DNA from: a virus | Taxonomy: Duplodnaviria > Caudoviricetes | DNA length: 62,573 nucleotides | Virus record (IMG/VR): IMGVR_UViG_3300049139_000046 | Coordinates: 1-62,573 of that record | Reading direction: 5' to 3' (one strand) | Shown: one piece after another, positions 1 to 10,170 of the stretch | Position numbering within the stretch: the stretch's first letter is position 1 | Layout: the number at the start of each line of letters is the position of its first letter | The notes under the pieces: model-generated | Told to the model about the DNA's origin: nothing | What the model saw: only the letters and a program-made list of their open reading frames with translations | Database searches by the model: none | Program-made: the position numbers and the translations under genes

Positions 1-126
1 TTGCTCACATTGGCCGCCGTGGCGGCATTGCTCGCAACAGTGGCCGCCGGCGCAGCACTACTTGCAGCAGACGCTGCTTCGGCTGCCTGCAGGGCCTCGA
101 TGCTGTTGGTGGCGCCTGCGGCGGCG
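1..126. repeat. Terminal direct repeat, copy 1 (assembly overlap of a circular genome)
   Basis: Identical to 62435-62560. Confidence 0.95.
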
Positions 127-668
127 CTGCTGCCACCACCGGCTGAGGGGACCGCTGTCGTGATCGGGGCTGCGGAACTCAGGACACCCCCACCCGTACC
201 AACTACCCCGCCAGCGCCCGAAGATGACGCTACAGCGCCCGCTGTCCCTGGAGTGGCACCTGTACCTGCCGTGATGCCTGCGGTGCCTGTGGCGCCCGTG
301 TACATCCCCGCAGCGGCCCCTGCTCCAGCGACCAGCAAGAAGCTCATGAACTTCTCGTCGCTCAGAATGTCCTTGACCGGACTCCAACTCGTCTTCGTCT
401 GGACCTGGGTTTGCCACTCGCCCGTCTCCGGGTTCTGGAAGATCCGCTCGTACTTCTTGCCGGGCAATTCAGACGTGTAGGCGAGTGGTTTGCCGACCTT
501 CGGGTCGATGATGCCCGTGACGACCTTGCCCTCTGGCGTCTCGAACTGCTGGCGAACCATCTTTTCGGAAGCGGGGAGATCCTGGTAGACCTCCTCGCTG
601 AGCCCCATCTCAGCGGGTGTGATCGCCATCGCCCGGCCGACTGGTTTCAGGTCATCAGGGAAGGCCAT
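1..668 (-). CDS. Ala/Gly-rich putative internal virion (ejection) protein, 5' part; continues at 62434-62071 (343 aa total)
   Basis: ATG at 668 (MAFPDDLKPV...) stays open to base 1 and joins the 62071 ORF in frame; 668+364=1032 nt; lies among ejection genes. Confidence 0.75.
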   Translation of the reverse strand, partial: MAFPDDLKPVGRAMAITPAEMGLSEEVYQDLPASEKMVRQQFETPEGKVVTGIIDPKVGKPLAYTSELPGKKYERIFQNPETGEWQTQVQTKTSWSPVKDILSDEKFMSFLLVAGAGAAAGMYTGATGTAGITAGTGATPGTAGAVASSSGAGGVVGTGGGVLSSAAPITTAVPSAGGGSSAAAGATNSIEALQAAEAASAASSAAPAATVASNAATAANVS

Positions 669-874
669 CAGACGGCTCCTTGCAGAACGCCAGGCTGGGC
701 TGGCTGCTGCGGCGCTTGCAGGCCAGGCAACTGCTGGGCGATCGCCAGCAACTGCTCATCCTGGGTGATCTCGCCCACGACTTTTGCGACCATGATCAGA
801 TATGTCATGGATGCGCTCTTGGAGCCCTGGCCGGTGAACGGCAGTCCTGCGATGTTGTCGAATGCGCTAGCCAT
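668..874 (-). CDS. Small hypothetical virion-operon protein
   Basis: 68-aa ORF, stop/start-coupled to both neighbours. Confidence 0.6.
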   Translation of the reverse strand: MASAFDNIAGLPFTGQGSKSASMTYLIMVAKVVGEITQDEQLLAIAQQLPGLQAPQQPAQPGVLQGAV

Positions 875-1944
875 TACCTGATCGCCAAGGGAAGTCTGCT
901 GACGGATGAGGTCAACTTATGCGTGGCTCGACCGCCCGCCACAATGTCTCGGATAGCCTGGTCCCGGTATTCCTGGGTCATGTCAGGATTAGTAACGATC
1001 TGCTGAACCCGGCTCTGCATGTTCTGGTCAGCCTCGAATGACATTCGGCTTTGATCACGGACAGCCGCTGATTCAGCGTTGTACTGGGCCACATCCCGCT
1101 GGGTCGCGGCGCTCAACTGATACCCGTAGCGAGCGGTATCTGCCGAGATGTTCGCGGTCTGCACCGACGTCGCGTTGTTCATCCCGGTCGTCGTGATGTT
1201 CGTCTGATTGACCGAGTTCTGGCGTGCCGTATCGCCAGCTTCCGAGATCAGGAGCCGATCGCCGAGACCCTTCTCAGTAACCTGCTGCCGCTGGTTCAGC
1301 CCCTGCTCTTGGACGTTGATGTCGCCGCGGCGGTTCACGAAACCAGCGTTCGTTCGGGATGTCTCACCGAACTCAGCCTGGTTGTAGCGAGCAATGTCGT
1401 TGATGGCCTGCTGGTTGCCCTTTGCCGCCTCGGCATAGGTCGCCGCATCAGGAACTGCGATCTCCAGCGCCCGCCCAATGGCTGCATCCTCTCCGGCACC
1501 TACGGCGATCGATGAGTTCAGCAACCCACGGCCTTGCATGCTCTCGGCCGCTCGAGCGCGGGCTTGCTGTAGAAGGGGTGAGTTGGACGCCAGAATCCCC
1601 TGCAACTGCCCCATGACCGTCTCGTTGGTCTGGACGGTCCTCAGGTTCGGATCGATGCGCTCGAACTCGGCCTGCTGGATGGCTGGCTGGGGTGGTTGAT
1701 TGGGCTGCTGGCCTTGTGGGATGCTCGGCTGGGCAGACGCCAGAATGCCACCCGTTGGGGCCGCGACGGTCGGCGCCGCCACGGGCTGAACCGTGGGCGC
1801 AGGACCGCCGTACAGGGTAGGGCCAGGGTTGGTTGCCGTTACCGGGGCCATCTGTGGGACGTACTGCCCGATCGGCACCCCACCCTGAGTACGCATGTTG
1901 CCAAGCGCACCGCCAGTCGTCGGCCTCCATGTGGTGAGTGCCAT
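874..1944 (-). CDS. Putative internal virion/ejection protein
   Basis: 356 aa, Q/A/N-rich; motif QTNETVMGQLQGILASNSPLLQQA...RGLLNSS; follows the tail genes. Confidence 0.6.
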   Translation of the reverse strand: MALTTWRPTTGGALGNMRTQGGVPIGQYVPQMAPVTATNPGPTLYGGPAPTVQPVAAPTVAAPTGGILASAQPSIPQGQQPNQPPQPAIQQAEFERIDPNLRTVQTNETVMGQLQGILASNSPLLQQARARAAESMQGRGLLNSSIAVGAGEDAAIGRALEIAVPDAATYAEAAKGNQQAINDIARYNQAEFGETSRTNAGFVNRRGDINVQEQGLNQRQQVTEKGLGDRLLISEAGDTARQNSVNQTNITTTGMNNATSVQTANISADTARYGYQLSAATQRDVAQYNAESAAVRDQSRMSFEADQNMQSRVQQIVTNPDMTQEYRDQAIRDIVAGGRATHKLTSSVSRLPLAIR

Positions 1945-1947
1945 TAT

Positions 1948-2124
1948 TTAGCCTTTTCCGGTCATTTCAGTGTCGCTATTCGACGGGGGGTTTTTTGCAC
2001 CTTCCAGCACCCTGATCAGCGGAACCGAGTACCGATACGGGATTGGGGAGCTGTAAAGGTGCTCCAGCATCGCGTTCACCTGCTCGGCGCTCAACCAGAT
2101 TCCTAGCTCAGGGCGGCTGTCCAT
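1948..2124 (-). CDS. 58-aa hypothetical protein (absent from the ORF track)
   Basis: GGAG RBS then MDSRPELGIWLSAEQVNAMLEHL...; fills the gap in the operon. Confidence 0.55.
   Translation of the reverse strand: MDSRPELGIWLSAEQVNAMLEHLYSSPIPYRYSVPLIRVLEGAKNPPSNSDTEMTGKG
1968..2000 (-). promoter_or_regulatory. Degenerate copy of the late-promoter motif
   Basis: GTGCAAAAAACCCCCC-N10-GACACT, same spacing as the three exact copies, upstream of the ejection-gene block. Confidence 0.45.
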
Positions 2125-2672
2125 ATCCAGGCTCCTGAGTCATAGATTCCGATCTTGTTGTTCAGCCGATCGAACACCATCGGCGCCGCCCCGGTGTAAG
2201 CCGTCGGCGCCCCTGTCGCCAGACCGTTCACCGTCGACAGGTAGAAGAACCCACCCGCCGCCGTCGTTGCCAACTCCGAAGAGCCGGACCCCATCACGAA
2301 GTTGTGGCTGTCGTCCCAGAAGCTCTTCACCGTCCCGCCGTCGTAGAGCTTGAGCTTGCCGGTCAGGTCTCGGACATAGCCGACAAGACCAGACGTCAGC
2401 CCAGAGTCGTAGGAGTCCGTCTTGTTGTAGATGTGATATCCGGTCACCGCCACGGCAGCATGAGCGGTCGACCCGATGGTTCCGCCCACGATCGTCGGCG
2501 TGTTCAGGGTCGGACTGTCCCACTGACCCCCTGTGAATCCTTTCTCTCCAGATCCCAAGGTGTCGGGCATCCTGCCGAACTCCGACGAGATCAGCGCGAA
2601 CTGGTCCCGGATAACCTCGGAAGACAACTGGCCCCGCAGGCCGGGGACGATCGGAGCGGTATAAGCCATCAA
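2103..2672 (-). CDS. Tail-associated protein
   Basis: 189 aa directly after the nozzle gene; fibre-like C-terminus (FDRLNNKIGIYDSGAWIW). Confidence 0.55.
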   Translation of the reverse strand: MMAYTAPIVPGLRGQLSSEVIRDQFALISSEFGRMPDTLGSGEKGFTGGQWDSPTLNTPTIVGGTIGSTAHAAVAVTGYHIYNKTDSYDSGLTSGLVGYVRDLTGKLKLYDGGTVKSFWDDSHNFVMGSGSSELATTAAGGFFYLSTVNGLATGAPTAYTGAAPMVFDRLNNKIGIYDSGAWIWTAALS

Positions 2673-4612
2673 ATACCTCGCTTGGCGCGGCGGACGGTAT
2701 AGTCGATCGTCACGCCTGTAATGTTGACCGGGCTCGAGATGGCGTCATCGCCCTGGAACCGGATGGACAGGTTCCCTCCCGTTCCGGGTGTGTCCACCAC
2801 GAAAGGGGTTGAAGTCGCCCCATCCCAGTAGCCGACGTCCCATGTCCCGTCATCCCAGAATCCCCCGGAACCGAAGTCAGGGCTTTCAATGGACACTTCC
2901 TCGGTGACGTCCCGGCGGTTGCCGCCGTAGTCCAGGTCATACCCGACCTGGATCTTGGCGTAGCCGTTTGACCTGGCCTCGATAATGGTGCGCCTGAAGT
3001 ACTTATCGATCCGCGGGCTTTTGAAGTGGTTGTAGGCCATCCGGATGTAGTGCGGGATCGTTTCCCCGGCGAACGATGTCCCGACGTCCATCTTGTAGAT
3101 TCCGCCGTCCTCGGTCCCGATCAACAGAAGCTCAGTGTTGTCCGAGAGCACGCAGGACCAGGCGCACGTGACGCTGTGCTTGAGTTTCTGGATGAACATC
3201 CCGATCGGTCGTCCGTCCCGGAATGTCACATATAGGGCCGAGGTGCCGAAGAAGATCCGGTACTGGTTCTTGTCCCGGCAGATCATCGACGCTGTCGCAG
3301 CGCCTCTCCTGGCGTCCAGGAAGGTCTTCACCGGAGCGGAGATGGTGTTCTCCCGGAAACCACCAAAGGCGCTCGAGGTGGTCATCTGCGTGAGGCCGAA
3401 GATGTTCTGGAAGATCGGCTGCCCCATCCACTGCAGGGTATTCGGTAGAGCGCCGGTGTTGTCGGAGAACGGGATGAGTTGGAAGTCCGATGCCCCCGAC
3501 CCATAGACAATGAAGAGTTTGCTCTCCGTCGATACCAGGAGGGCCGTCTTGTTCTCGCTACCGGTGATGCTCAGAAGGCCGGTGATGTCCGAGCCCATCG
3601 CCAACTCACCGGCGCCCAGGACAGGAGACCAAGTCAGCGGATCGTTCAGGGCTGAATATTGGAGACTGCCCTTGAAGGACAGCCACAGCCGGTTTCCATG
3701 AACCGCCAGATGAGACGGTCGGTCATCGGTCATGCCCGTCGTCACAAAGGAGAACGCAGCCCCCGTGTAGACGAAAGCCTTGTAAGTCCCCGAGACCCCG
3801 TAGGCGACCTTCGGCCCTGCAGGATCGGCAAAGTTGGACAGCACGAACTCGAAGTTCGCCCCGTCCGTCGGAATCAACGCCTGATCAGTCGCCACTTCCC
3901 AGTACCGATTCACCGAGTCATCCGGGGTTGCGGGACGGATGAAGACCGCGTTCGTATTTCCCGTGGTCGTAAGCGCAGGGTTCTTCGCCCGGACGACATA
4001 GGGAATGTCCGAGAGAACGAACACACCTAGTGTCGCACCGCGGGTCAGGTTCGTCACCAAGGATGAGGAAAAGACCCCCGACCCCGGCTTATCCATGTAG
4101 GTCCGCATCGCAGCCTCTGCCGTCGCCCGGGCCTCCTCGACCTCTGCCGGCGTTCCGGTGCTCACCGCCTCCGGCAGGGACTCCAGGTAGATCGTGGCGG
4201 ACGACAGCCCGGCATCCCGGTAGAGCATCTCCCCGACCGTGAACTGCCCGTCGATGTCGGTCACGTAGATGGCGACGTTGGTCATCCCCGCGGTGACCGT
4301 CTGAGGATCGTTACCCTCGTACCCGATCCCGAAGACCATCGTGGCGCCGGAACTCGCACCAGTGAGGGTCTCCCCGCTCATGATCAGACCCGTCGCCACG
4401 CTGATCACCGCAACCTTGAAGACCATCTCCGAAGCGGTCTTGCCGTTCACATACTTGTCGTAACCACCCGACCTCGAGTAACCCGCCTCGAGCGCGCATT
4501 CCCAGTTCTGGGCATCACCAGCAACCCCTGTCTTCAACAGAAGCGGAGGCGATACGATGTCCTGCCCACCTTGGGGCACGAAATAGTCAGACTGGACAAC
4601 CGGGAATTTCAC
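2669..4612 (-). CDS. Putative tail nozzle / tubular protein B-like
   Basis: 647 aa, beta-propeller-like segments (HGNRLWLSF...YSALNDPLTW); position after the adaptor. Confidence 0.65.
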   Translation of the reverse strand: MKFPVVQSDYFVPQGGQDIVSPPLLLKTGVAGDAQNWECALEAGYSRSGGYDKYVNGKTASEMVFKVAVISVATGLIMSGETLTGASSGATMVFGIGYEGNDPQTVTAGMTNVAIYVTDIDGQFTVGEMLYRDAGLSSATIYLESLPEAVSTGTPAEVEEARATAEAAMRTYMDKPGSGVFSSSLVTNLTRGATLGVFVLSDIPYVVRAKNPALTTTGNTNAVFIRPATPDDSVNRYWEVATDQALIPTDGANFEFVLSNFADPAGPKVAYGVSGTYKAFVYTGAAFSFVTTGMTDDRPSHLAVHGNRLWLSFKGSLQYSALNDPLTWSPVLGAGELAMGSDITGLLSITGSENKTALLVSTESKLFIVYGSGASDFQLIPFSDNTGALPNTLQWMGQPIFQNIFGLTQMTTSSAFGGFRENTISAPVKTFLDARRGAATASMICRDKNQYRIFFGTSALYVTFRDGRPIGMFIQKLKHSVTCAWSCVLSDNTELLLIGTEDGGIYKMDVGTSFAGETIPHYIRMAYNHFKSPRIDKYFRRTIIEARSNGYAKIQVGYDLDYGGNRRDVTEEVSIESPDFGSGGFWDDGTWDVGYWDGATSTPFVVDTPGTGGNLSIRFQGDDAISSPVNITGVTIDYTVRRAKRGI

Positions 4613-4803
4613 AGCGGTTGCAGCCTGTTCTCAGGGCGCTCATACCACTTATCACAAAGCCAAGTCGTCGTCTCTACGAGAGCACCCCTGGCCCATCCAT
4701 CCTCCACCCAATACCGTCCGTCAAACTTCATCACTCGAACCGGCAGCGTCCGATGCACCAGACGGTACTTATTGGGAAATATTTTGCCTTCCCAGTTCAT
4801 CAC
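4609..4803 (-). CDS. Hypothetical protein
   Basis: 64 aa, 4-nt overlaps with both neighbours. Confidence 0.5.
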   Translation of the reverse strand: MMNWEGKIFPNKYRLVHRTLPVRVMKFDGRYWVEDGWARGALVETTTWLCDKWYERPENRLQPL

Positions 4804-5483
4804 CAGTCCTCACCCAGGGATGCGGTCGTGATAGCCGGAAGCTGATCCAACTCCAGATCCGACAGCAGCCGCTTGACCTCGACATCTGCCCGCATGATCG
4901 CTTCCGGGGCAACCTCATGAACTGCGTACTTCTTCAGCGCCCAGTACACGATCAGGTCGTGATACCGCTCCGGCATGATCGGCTCCTCATCGTCATCGAC
5001 CAGTGTCTGGGGCGTTCTCCAGTAGTTGTAGAACAGCACGTACTCATCGTCCGCCGGAGGGGCCACCATCAGAGCTTCGGTGGTCGGATGAACGGTGATG
5101 GAATTGGGCTTGCCGTTGACGGTCAGATCCCGGCCGTCGTTCTCGATCCAGTCGAAATACTGTCTGAAGGGAAGTCGTTCCGCATCCTTCCACGCTCCCC
5201 CAGCCTTGGCGATCTTGAACGACCGGCCATGCCACTGGGCCACCTCGTTCGCCTCATACTCGGTCGGGTTCAGCGTCGATTCATCCACGCTCATGACGTA
5301 GGACGATTCCACGAACAGAAACCGCCAGTCGATGTGCTTTCGCTGGATGTCACGCCAGGCGTCGATGATCCACTTCCTCAGTCTTTCTGACTCGCCGGTC
5401 AGTACACCTTGAGCGGTGGTGATCGGACGTCCTGAGGCTCCTGCCTCGATCCGAAGAGCGTTGATGAGTTCGACCAGGTTCAT
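4800..5483 (-). CDS. Head-tail adaptor / tubular protein A-like
   Basis: MNLVELINALRIEAG start; PIMPERYHDLIVYWAL motif typical of podoviral adaptors. Confidence 0.7.
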   Translation of the reverse strand: MNLVELINALRIEAGASGRPITTAQGVLTGESERLRKWIIDAWRDIQRKHIDWRFLFVESSYVMSVDESTLNPTEYEANEVAQWHGRSFKIAKAGGAWKDAERLPFRQYFDWIENDGRDLTVNGKPNSITVHPTTEALMVAPPADDEYVLFYNYWRTPQTLVDDDEEPIMPERYHDLIVYWALKKYAVHEVAPEAIMRADVEVKRLLSDLELDQLPAITTASLGEDW

Positions 5484-8400
5484 TCGTCCGCCTTCACTTC
5501 AAAGATGAAGTCACCCACCACGTCATCCAGATCCGGATCAACCGGAGAGGGAGGCGGTGGAGGAGGCGGAACCGGAGCAGGCGAGCCGCCTACGGCGATC
5601 ACTTCCACCGTACAGGTCTTGGTGACTCTCCCCGCGGTCTCGTCATGCAGCTCAAGCGTGACCGTCGCAATCCCCACCCCCTGCGGATAAACCGGCAGGG
5701 TCCCGTCGATCACCGTATGCGGCGCCCGGATGTAACCAGGAGTACTGACGTCCACCTTGACCACATGATCGAAACCTGTGATCGGATCACCGTTCTGGTC
5801 CTTCAGCGCGATGAAGTACGGCGTGTCGTCGATCTCGATTGTGTGGTTTCCGTTCTCATCGACCGAATCTCCATCGGTGGTGATTGCTGTCACATCTCCA
5901 GCCACAGTACCCTCCGTTACCGTCACCGGTATCTCGATCGTCATTTGACCTCCGAAGCGGGAAGCCTTAGTTACCAAGACCGTGCAAGTTCCAACCGCAA
6001 CCGGGGTGATTTCCAGCTTCCCACCAAACCCCGTCTTAGAGGCCGCCACTGCCACCAGAGAGTTCGTCGACAGCGCAGACAAGCCCGCTTGCGTCTTGCC
6101 GTTGGCGTAGATCGTGACCTCCCCTGCGCCATCGATCAGGTTCAGGGAGATGGATGTCGGAGAAGCCGAGATCGGGTGCTCGCTGAAGTTCGAGACCGTC
6201 ACCAGGATGTCCACGAACACCGTCGGCACCTGAGTGCTCGCCACTCGAATCCGGGAAACACCCACCGCTATAGCCTTCACCAGGCCTGTGGAGACCACCG
6301 TCGCCGAACTACCCGTGACCACCGAATAAGTCACCGCGCTGCTGTACTCACCCGTCCCCGTGACCGTAGGAGAGAGCTGGTAGGACTCTCCAATGATCAA
6401 GGACCGTGTCGTGGGAACGCCGGTGATCCCGGTGATAGAAGACGATCCTGCCTGCTCGGCCAGGAACGCCAGAGCACCGCCGATGTACTTGTCTTCCCAG
6501 ACACTGAGCCCGCTTGATCCACCGGGCACCGGGGGCGAATCGACCACCACCCCTTCGGAGGCTGAATACTGGGCATACGGTCCTTGCGCCCAAGGACTCT
6601 CAAAGGTCTGCAGCAGGCGATCCTTCAGGTTCGTGATCGTGAGCGCCGTGCCCCCAGAATAAAGTGCCGATCCGCTCGGCGGCTTGGCGACCGACACCCC
6701 CACGAATCCTGGATCAGCAGCCGCCGTGTCATCCGTTCCAACTGCGGTGACCCCAAGAGAAGTCCCGGTGGAGACATAGTTCCCACCCTCATTCACCGCT
6801 GATGATCCAGCGCCGTTGATGGACTTCACCAGCAGGACAGAGTCATGCGCGACGTTGTTCTGGATTGTCAGGACCGTGTTCGCCACCCCGTTCATGTCCA
6901 GAGCTGCCACACTCAGGTTGTCGAATCCACAGTTGATGGCTGAAACCGCGAACGAATGCTGCCCACCAAGGTTACTGACGCCTCGCTTGTAGCCTTCAAA
7001 GGCACACGCCCTGAAGTTGAACGAGTCCGAACCCGATCCGCTCGCTTCGTGGCCGAAACCAATCCCATACTCCAAGGCCAGCGTCTCATCAGCTTTGCCT
7101 TGGCAGGCTTCAAAAAAGACACTTCGACCCGTGGTCGTGTAGCCCAGATCCACCTTTCCGACCGGGACATCGGATGCCACCGCACGGCGGACCACCAGGT
7201 TGTTCACGCTGGTCGTTCCCGGACCCATCGGGGCTGTGACGCTGATCAACCCCACCCCACCAATATCCGGGCGTCGGCTGGCATCACTGAAGCCACCGAT
7301 ATCGGTGCCCGTGATGTCCTCGAAGGTCATCCCGTCCATGACCCCACCGTCCTTCAGGAAGGGCCGAACCATCACCGTGGCTATTCCAATATGAGACCCG
7401 GTGATCCTTCTGGCGACCCCATTGGATTGCGTCGGGAAGCCATCCCTGAGTTCAGGACCGAACACACCCTGCTCGACCCCGTCCCCGCGGATGTCCTCTA
7501 CGATGTAACCGTCACACCCGTAAAGAACCAGACCCTTGCCCTCAGGCGTCGGACGATACCGCCCCCCGATATGCTTGAAGTACAGCTTTCGGATCTGGAC
7601 GTCGGTCAGGTTCGCCAGGGACACCGGAAACCCCGAGTACCGCTTGAAACGCAGGTTCTCGAGCACGATCCCGGTTCGCTTGTTTCCGAGCGCAGCAAAA
7701 GCCCCATTGCCCATGCAATGAGCCGTCTGGGAGACCATCGTCACCAAGGTGTTCGGGTTCTCTCCAGTCGGCAGCAGCACGTAGACCACATTGTTCGTCG
7801 AGTCATAGCTGTACGCCTGATCAAAGTCGTCCATCGCCGTGATCGTGTCGGCCAGGTTCGTAAACAACCGACTCGCAATCACCGCATCATCGATCGATAC
7901 CGCACCTGGTTGCAGATCGCTCGTCGTCGCTGACTGCGAAGTCATCGACGTGCATTTCCACAACTGCTTGCCACCCGGAGCACCAGCCTCCGTCGTCCAA
8001 TCCGTCTTCCTGACACCGCCCTCGAAGTGTCCGGTATCCGCCAGCCAGTCGTTCCCCTTGATCGTCGTCCCGGGATACTGAAACGCTTCCTGCGGGAATA
8101 CGCCTGTCCAGACCCCGTTCGCGGTCTTCCTCAGGTCAATTCCCGTCGGGCCGTAGGTCGTGATCGCAGACCGGAGTGTCGCCAAGGTGTTGATCGGGTT
8201 CGCCGCAGTTCCGTCCTCCGATGAACCAACAGCGCTACCAGAGAACCAGATTTCTTTCCTTCCCACCGGAGCCGGTGGAGGAGTTGGGGCAGGAGGAGTA
8301 TCAGCAGACCCGGCCAGCGTTACATCGGGAGGCAGGTTGGCAAGAAACGCCGCCTCCGACATGACGAAATACGATTGCTTGCCGCCGACGCTGCTGCGCT

Positions 8401-9124
8401 CGATACTCGGGCAACTGTCCAGGTTGGTGAAGCAAACCGTCTGCGTACCAGCGGTCGTTGCGAGCTTGAACTTTGAGCCGCCAATCCCGGCGTTGTAACC
8501 CGCGGGCGAGAAGTCACTGACCCGCTGACCGACATAGACGTAGGCGTCACCACCCACCGAAACCCCATAGATCGCCTTGTGCCGGTCATCGACACCGTTC
8601 GGGTCTTCCTTGATCAACTCGTAGTCGAGTTGCATCTGGATGCCACGCACATCGGCACCCGGCATTGAGAGCCACGTCGTCCAGCCGTGGAAGATCGCAT
8701 CCACGTTGGGGGCCAGCTTGACGGAAATTCCGCCAGCAGCCTCAGTGCGGATGTTCTGGGTGGTGACCGAATTGACGATGTCGCGCCGGTAGTACGCACC
8801 GCCGATCGCAGCCGTATCCTGGCCCTTGATCCAGACGCCTGACGTGTTCAGGATGTAATAGCGAAACCGCTTGAGCCAGAGCCGAGTATTGAGTCCTGCC
8901 TGGTGACCCGAACCGTCCCAGACCACCAGCCAGGGCAGGCTCGCGTTCCAGTATCCGTAGAACTTGTTGGTTGAGTTCCACCAGGTCGGAGTCGCCTGAC
9001 CGCGCCAGTCCGCGCCCATGACAAGGATCGCGCTGCGCGACCAGCTCGCTCCCGCGTTCGCCGCGTGCAGCGTCATATCGTTGGACTTCATGTCCGAGAT
9101 GCACTGAGCGGCGGTGATAGCCAT
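5480..9124 (-). CDS. Large virion appendage: beta-helix (pectin-lyase-like) region plus Ig-like domains
   Basis: 1214 aa; DGTAANP motif preceding parallel beta-helix-like repeats; ADPGFV...SALYSGG helix end; Big_2-like ATVVSTGLVKAIAVG; Pro-rich linkers. Confidence 0.65.
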   Translation of the reverse strand: MAITAAQCISDMKSNDMTLHAANAGASWSRSAILVMGADWRGQATPTWWNSTNKFYGYWNASLPWLVVWDGSGHQAGLNTRLWLKRFRYYILNTSGVWIKGQDTAAIGGAYYRRDIVNSVTTQNIRTEAAGGISVKLAPNVDAIFHGWTTWLSMPGADVRGIQMQLDYELIKEDPNGVDDRHKAIYGVSVGGDAYVYVGQRVSDFSPAGYNAGIGGSKFKLATTAGTQTVCFTNLDSCPSIERSSVGGKQSYFVMSEAAFLANLPPDVTLAGSADTPPAPTPPPAPVGRKEIWFSGSAVGSSEDGTAANPINTLATLRSAITTYGPTGIDLRKTANGVWTGVFPQEAFQYPGTTIKGNDWLADTGHFEGGVRKTDWTTEAGAPGGKQLWKCTSMTSQSATTSDLQPGAVSIDDAVIASRLFTNLADTITAMDDFDQAYSYDSTNNVVYVLLPTGENPNTLVTMVSQTAHCMGNGAFAALGNKRTGIVLENLRFKRYSGFPVSLANLTDVQIRKLYFKHIGGRYRPTPEGKGLVLYGCDGYIVEDIRGDGVEQGVFGPELRDGFPTQSNGVARRITGSHIGIATVMVRPFLKDGGVMDGMTFEDITGTDIGGFSDASRRPDIGGVGLISVTAPMGPGTTSVNNLVVRRAVASDVPVGKVDLGYTTTGRSVFFEACQGKADETLALEYGIGFGHEASGSGSDSFNFRACAFEGYKRGVSNLGGQHSFAVSAINCGFDNLSVAALDMNGVANTVLTIQNNVAHDSVLLVKSINGAGSSAVNEGGNYVSTGTSLGVTAVGTDDTAAADPGFVGVSVAKPPSGSALYSGGTALTITNLKDRLLQTFESPWAQGPYAQYSASEGVVVDSPPVPGGSSGLSVWEDKYIGGALAFLAEQAGSSSITGITGVPTTRSLIIGESYQLSPTVTGTGEYSSAVTYSVVTGSSATVVSTGLVKAIAVGVSRIRVASTQVPTVFVDILVTVSNFSEHPISASPTSISLNLIDGAGEVTIYANGKTQAGLSALSTNSLVAVAASKTGFGGKLEITPVAVGTCTVLVTKASRFGGQMTIEIPVTVTEGTVAGDVTAITTDGDSVDENGNHTIEIDDTPYFIALKDQNGDPITGFDHVVKVDVSTPGYIRAPHTVIDGTLPVYPQGVGIATVTLELHDETAGRVTKTCTVEVIAVGGSPAPVPPPPPPPSPVDPDLDDVVGDFIFEVKADE

Positions 9125-10170
9125 CAGAGTTCGATTACGGTGCCTTCGATCACACCTCGAAAGCCGGCTGTATTCCCCGCGTTCTGACCTACAGCAACCA
9201 CCGTCTGGCCGGTCGTGACCGCAACCACCCCATCGTGCTCGACCACCACCTTGGAGGTGGCTCCGTCGGCCACGAACTCCTGTAAGGTCGCCCCTTGGAT
9301 GAACGTCCCCAGCAAGGGTTCCGTCGTCGGCTCGGCATGGATCTGGATCGTGACGTCACCCACGACCCCTGCCAGGGCAGGATCGATGTTCTGGAACTCG
9401 AAGGCTTGTGCGACAACCGATGGAGCCGGCGCAGGACCAGGACTCGGAGGCGGTGGTGCAGGACTACCTGTCGGGCTGCGGAGGATCGCCAAAACCCCCG
9501 AACGACCGCCCAGATCCGCCTCTGTCGACTGGACCCGGACGCTGACCGCATCGGTACTGGTCTGGCTCTTCGTGCCCAGCCACAAGGCTCTCTGAGCCCC
9601 GCTGGAGACGATGCTCTTGGCTCTTTCCGTCCATCCGGTCGGCGTCTGCCAGCCGATGTCAGTCCGGTTGTTGGCGTCATTGGCCCACGTCACCGCGACC
9701 GAGATCGTGTCCGCCTGGCTGATCGAACCACTGGCCGGTGCCGGACCGAGATCGTGCCAGAACACCCCGTTAGCAGTGTCGCTCGGAATCAGAACTTCCA
9801 AGGCGGACTCAGTCCGAGCGCCGGCAATCTCGATCGCCGTCAGCGTGCAGTAGTTAAGCGCGTCCGCGATGGCCGGCGTGACCGTGATCGTCGTCGCCCC
9901 GGCATCAACGTCTTCGGCCATCCAGAAAGTCATGCCCCGCTTCGGCGTGTACCTCAGTGGCACATCCGCCAAACGGATGAAGATCGCCCCGGTCATCGCA
10001 ACCGAAGCGGTCGCAGCGGCTAGGGAGGCGGCGCCTTCGTTATAGACCTGGCCGCAGAGAATGATCGTGCTGCCCGCTGTAACGGCCGAGCCGAAGACCA
10101 CCGTCCGGGCCGTCGAGTACGCAACCCCTTGGGTGATTGGCGCCGTCTGGACAACGGTCGGAACGGCCAT
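9124..10170 (-). CDS. Beta-rich virion structural/appendage protein
   Basis: 348 aa; resembles the C-terminal domain of 46044-49532; Pro linker. Confidence 0.55.
   Translation of the reverse strand: MAVPTVVQTAPITQGVAYSTARTVVFGSAVTAGSTIILCGQVYNEGAASLAAATASVAMTGAIFIRLADVPLRYTPKRGMTFWMAEDVDAGATTITVTPAIADALNYCTLTAIEIAGARTESALEVLIPSDTANGVFWHDLGPAPASGSISQADTISVAVTWANDANNRTDIGWQTPTGWTERAKSIVSSGAQRALWLGTKSQTSTDAVSVRVQSTEADLGGRSGVLAILRSPTGSPAPPPPSPGPAPAPSVVAQAFEFQNIDPALAGVVGDVTIQIHAEPTTEPLLGTFIQGATLQEFVADGATSKVVVEHDGVVAVTTGQTVVAVGQNAGNTAGFRGVIEGTVIEL

Noticed and set aside
1-126. Biological direct terminal repeats
   Set aside because: The repeat is mid-gene and of k-mer-like length, and the terminase is P22-like (headful); treated as assembly overlap
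2103-10170. Diversity-generating retroelement acting on tail proteins
   Set aside because: No reverse transcriptase ORF and no template/variable repeat pair seen
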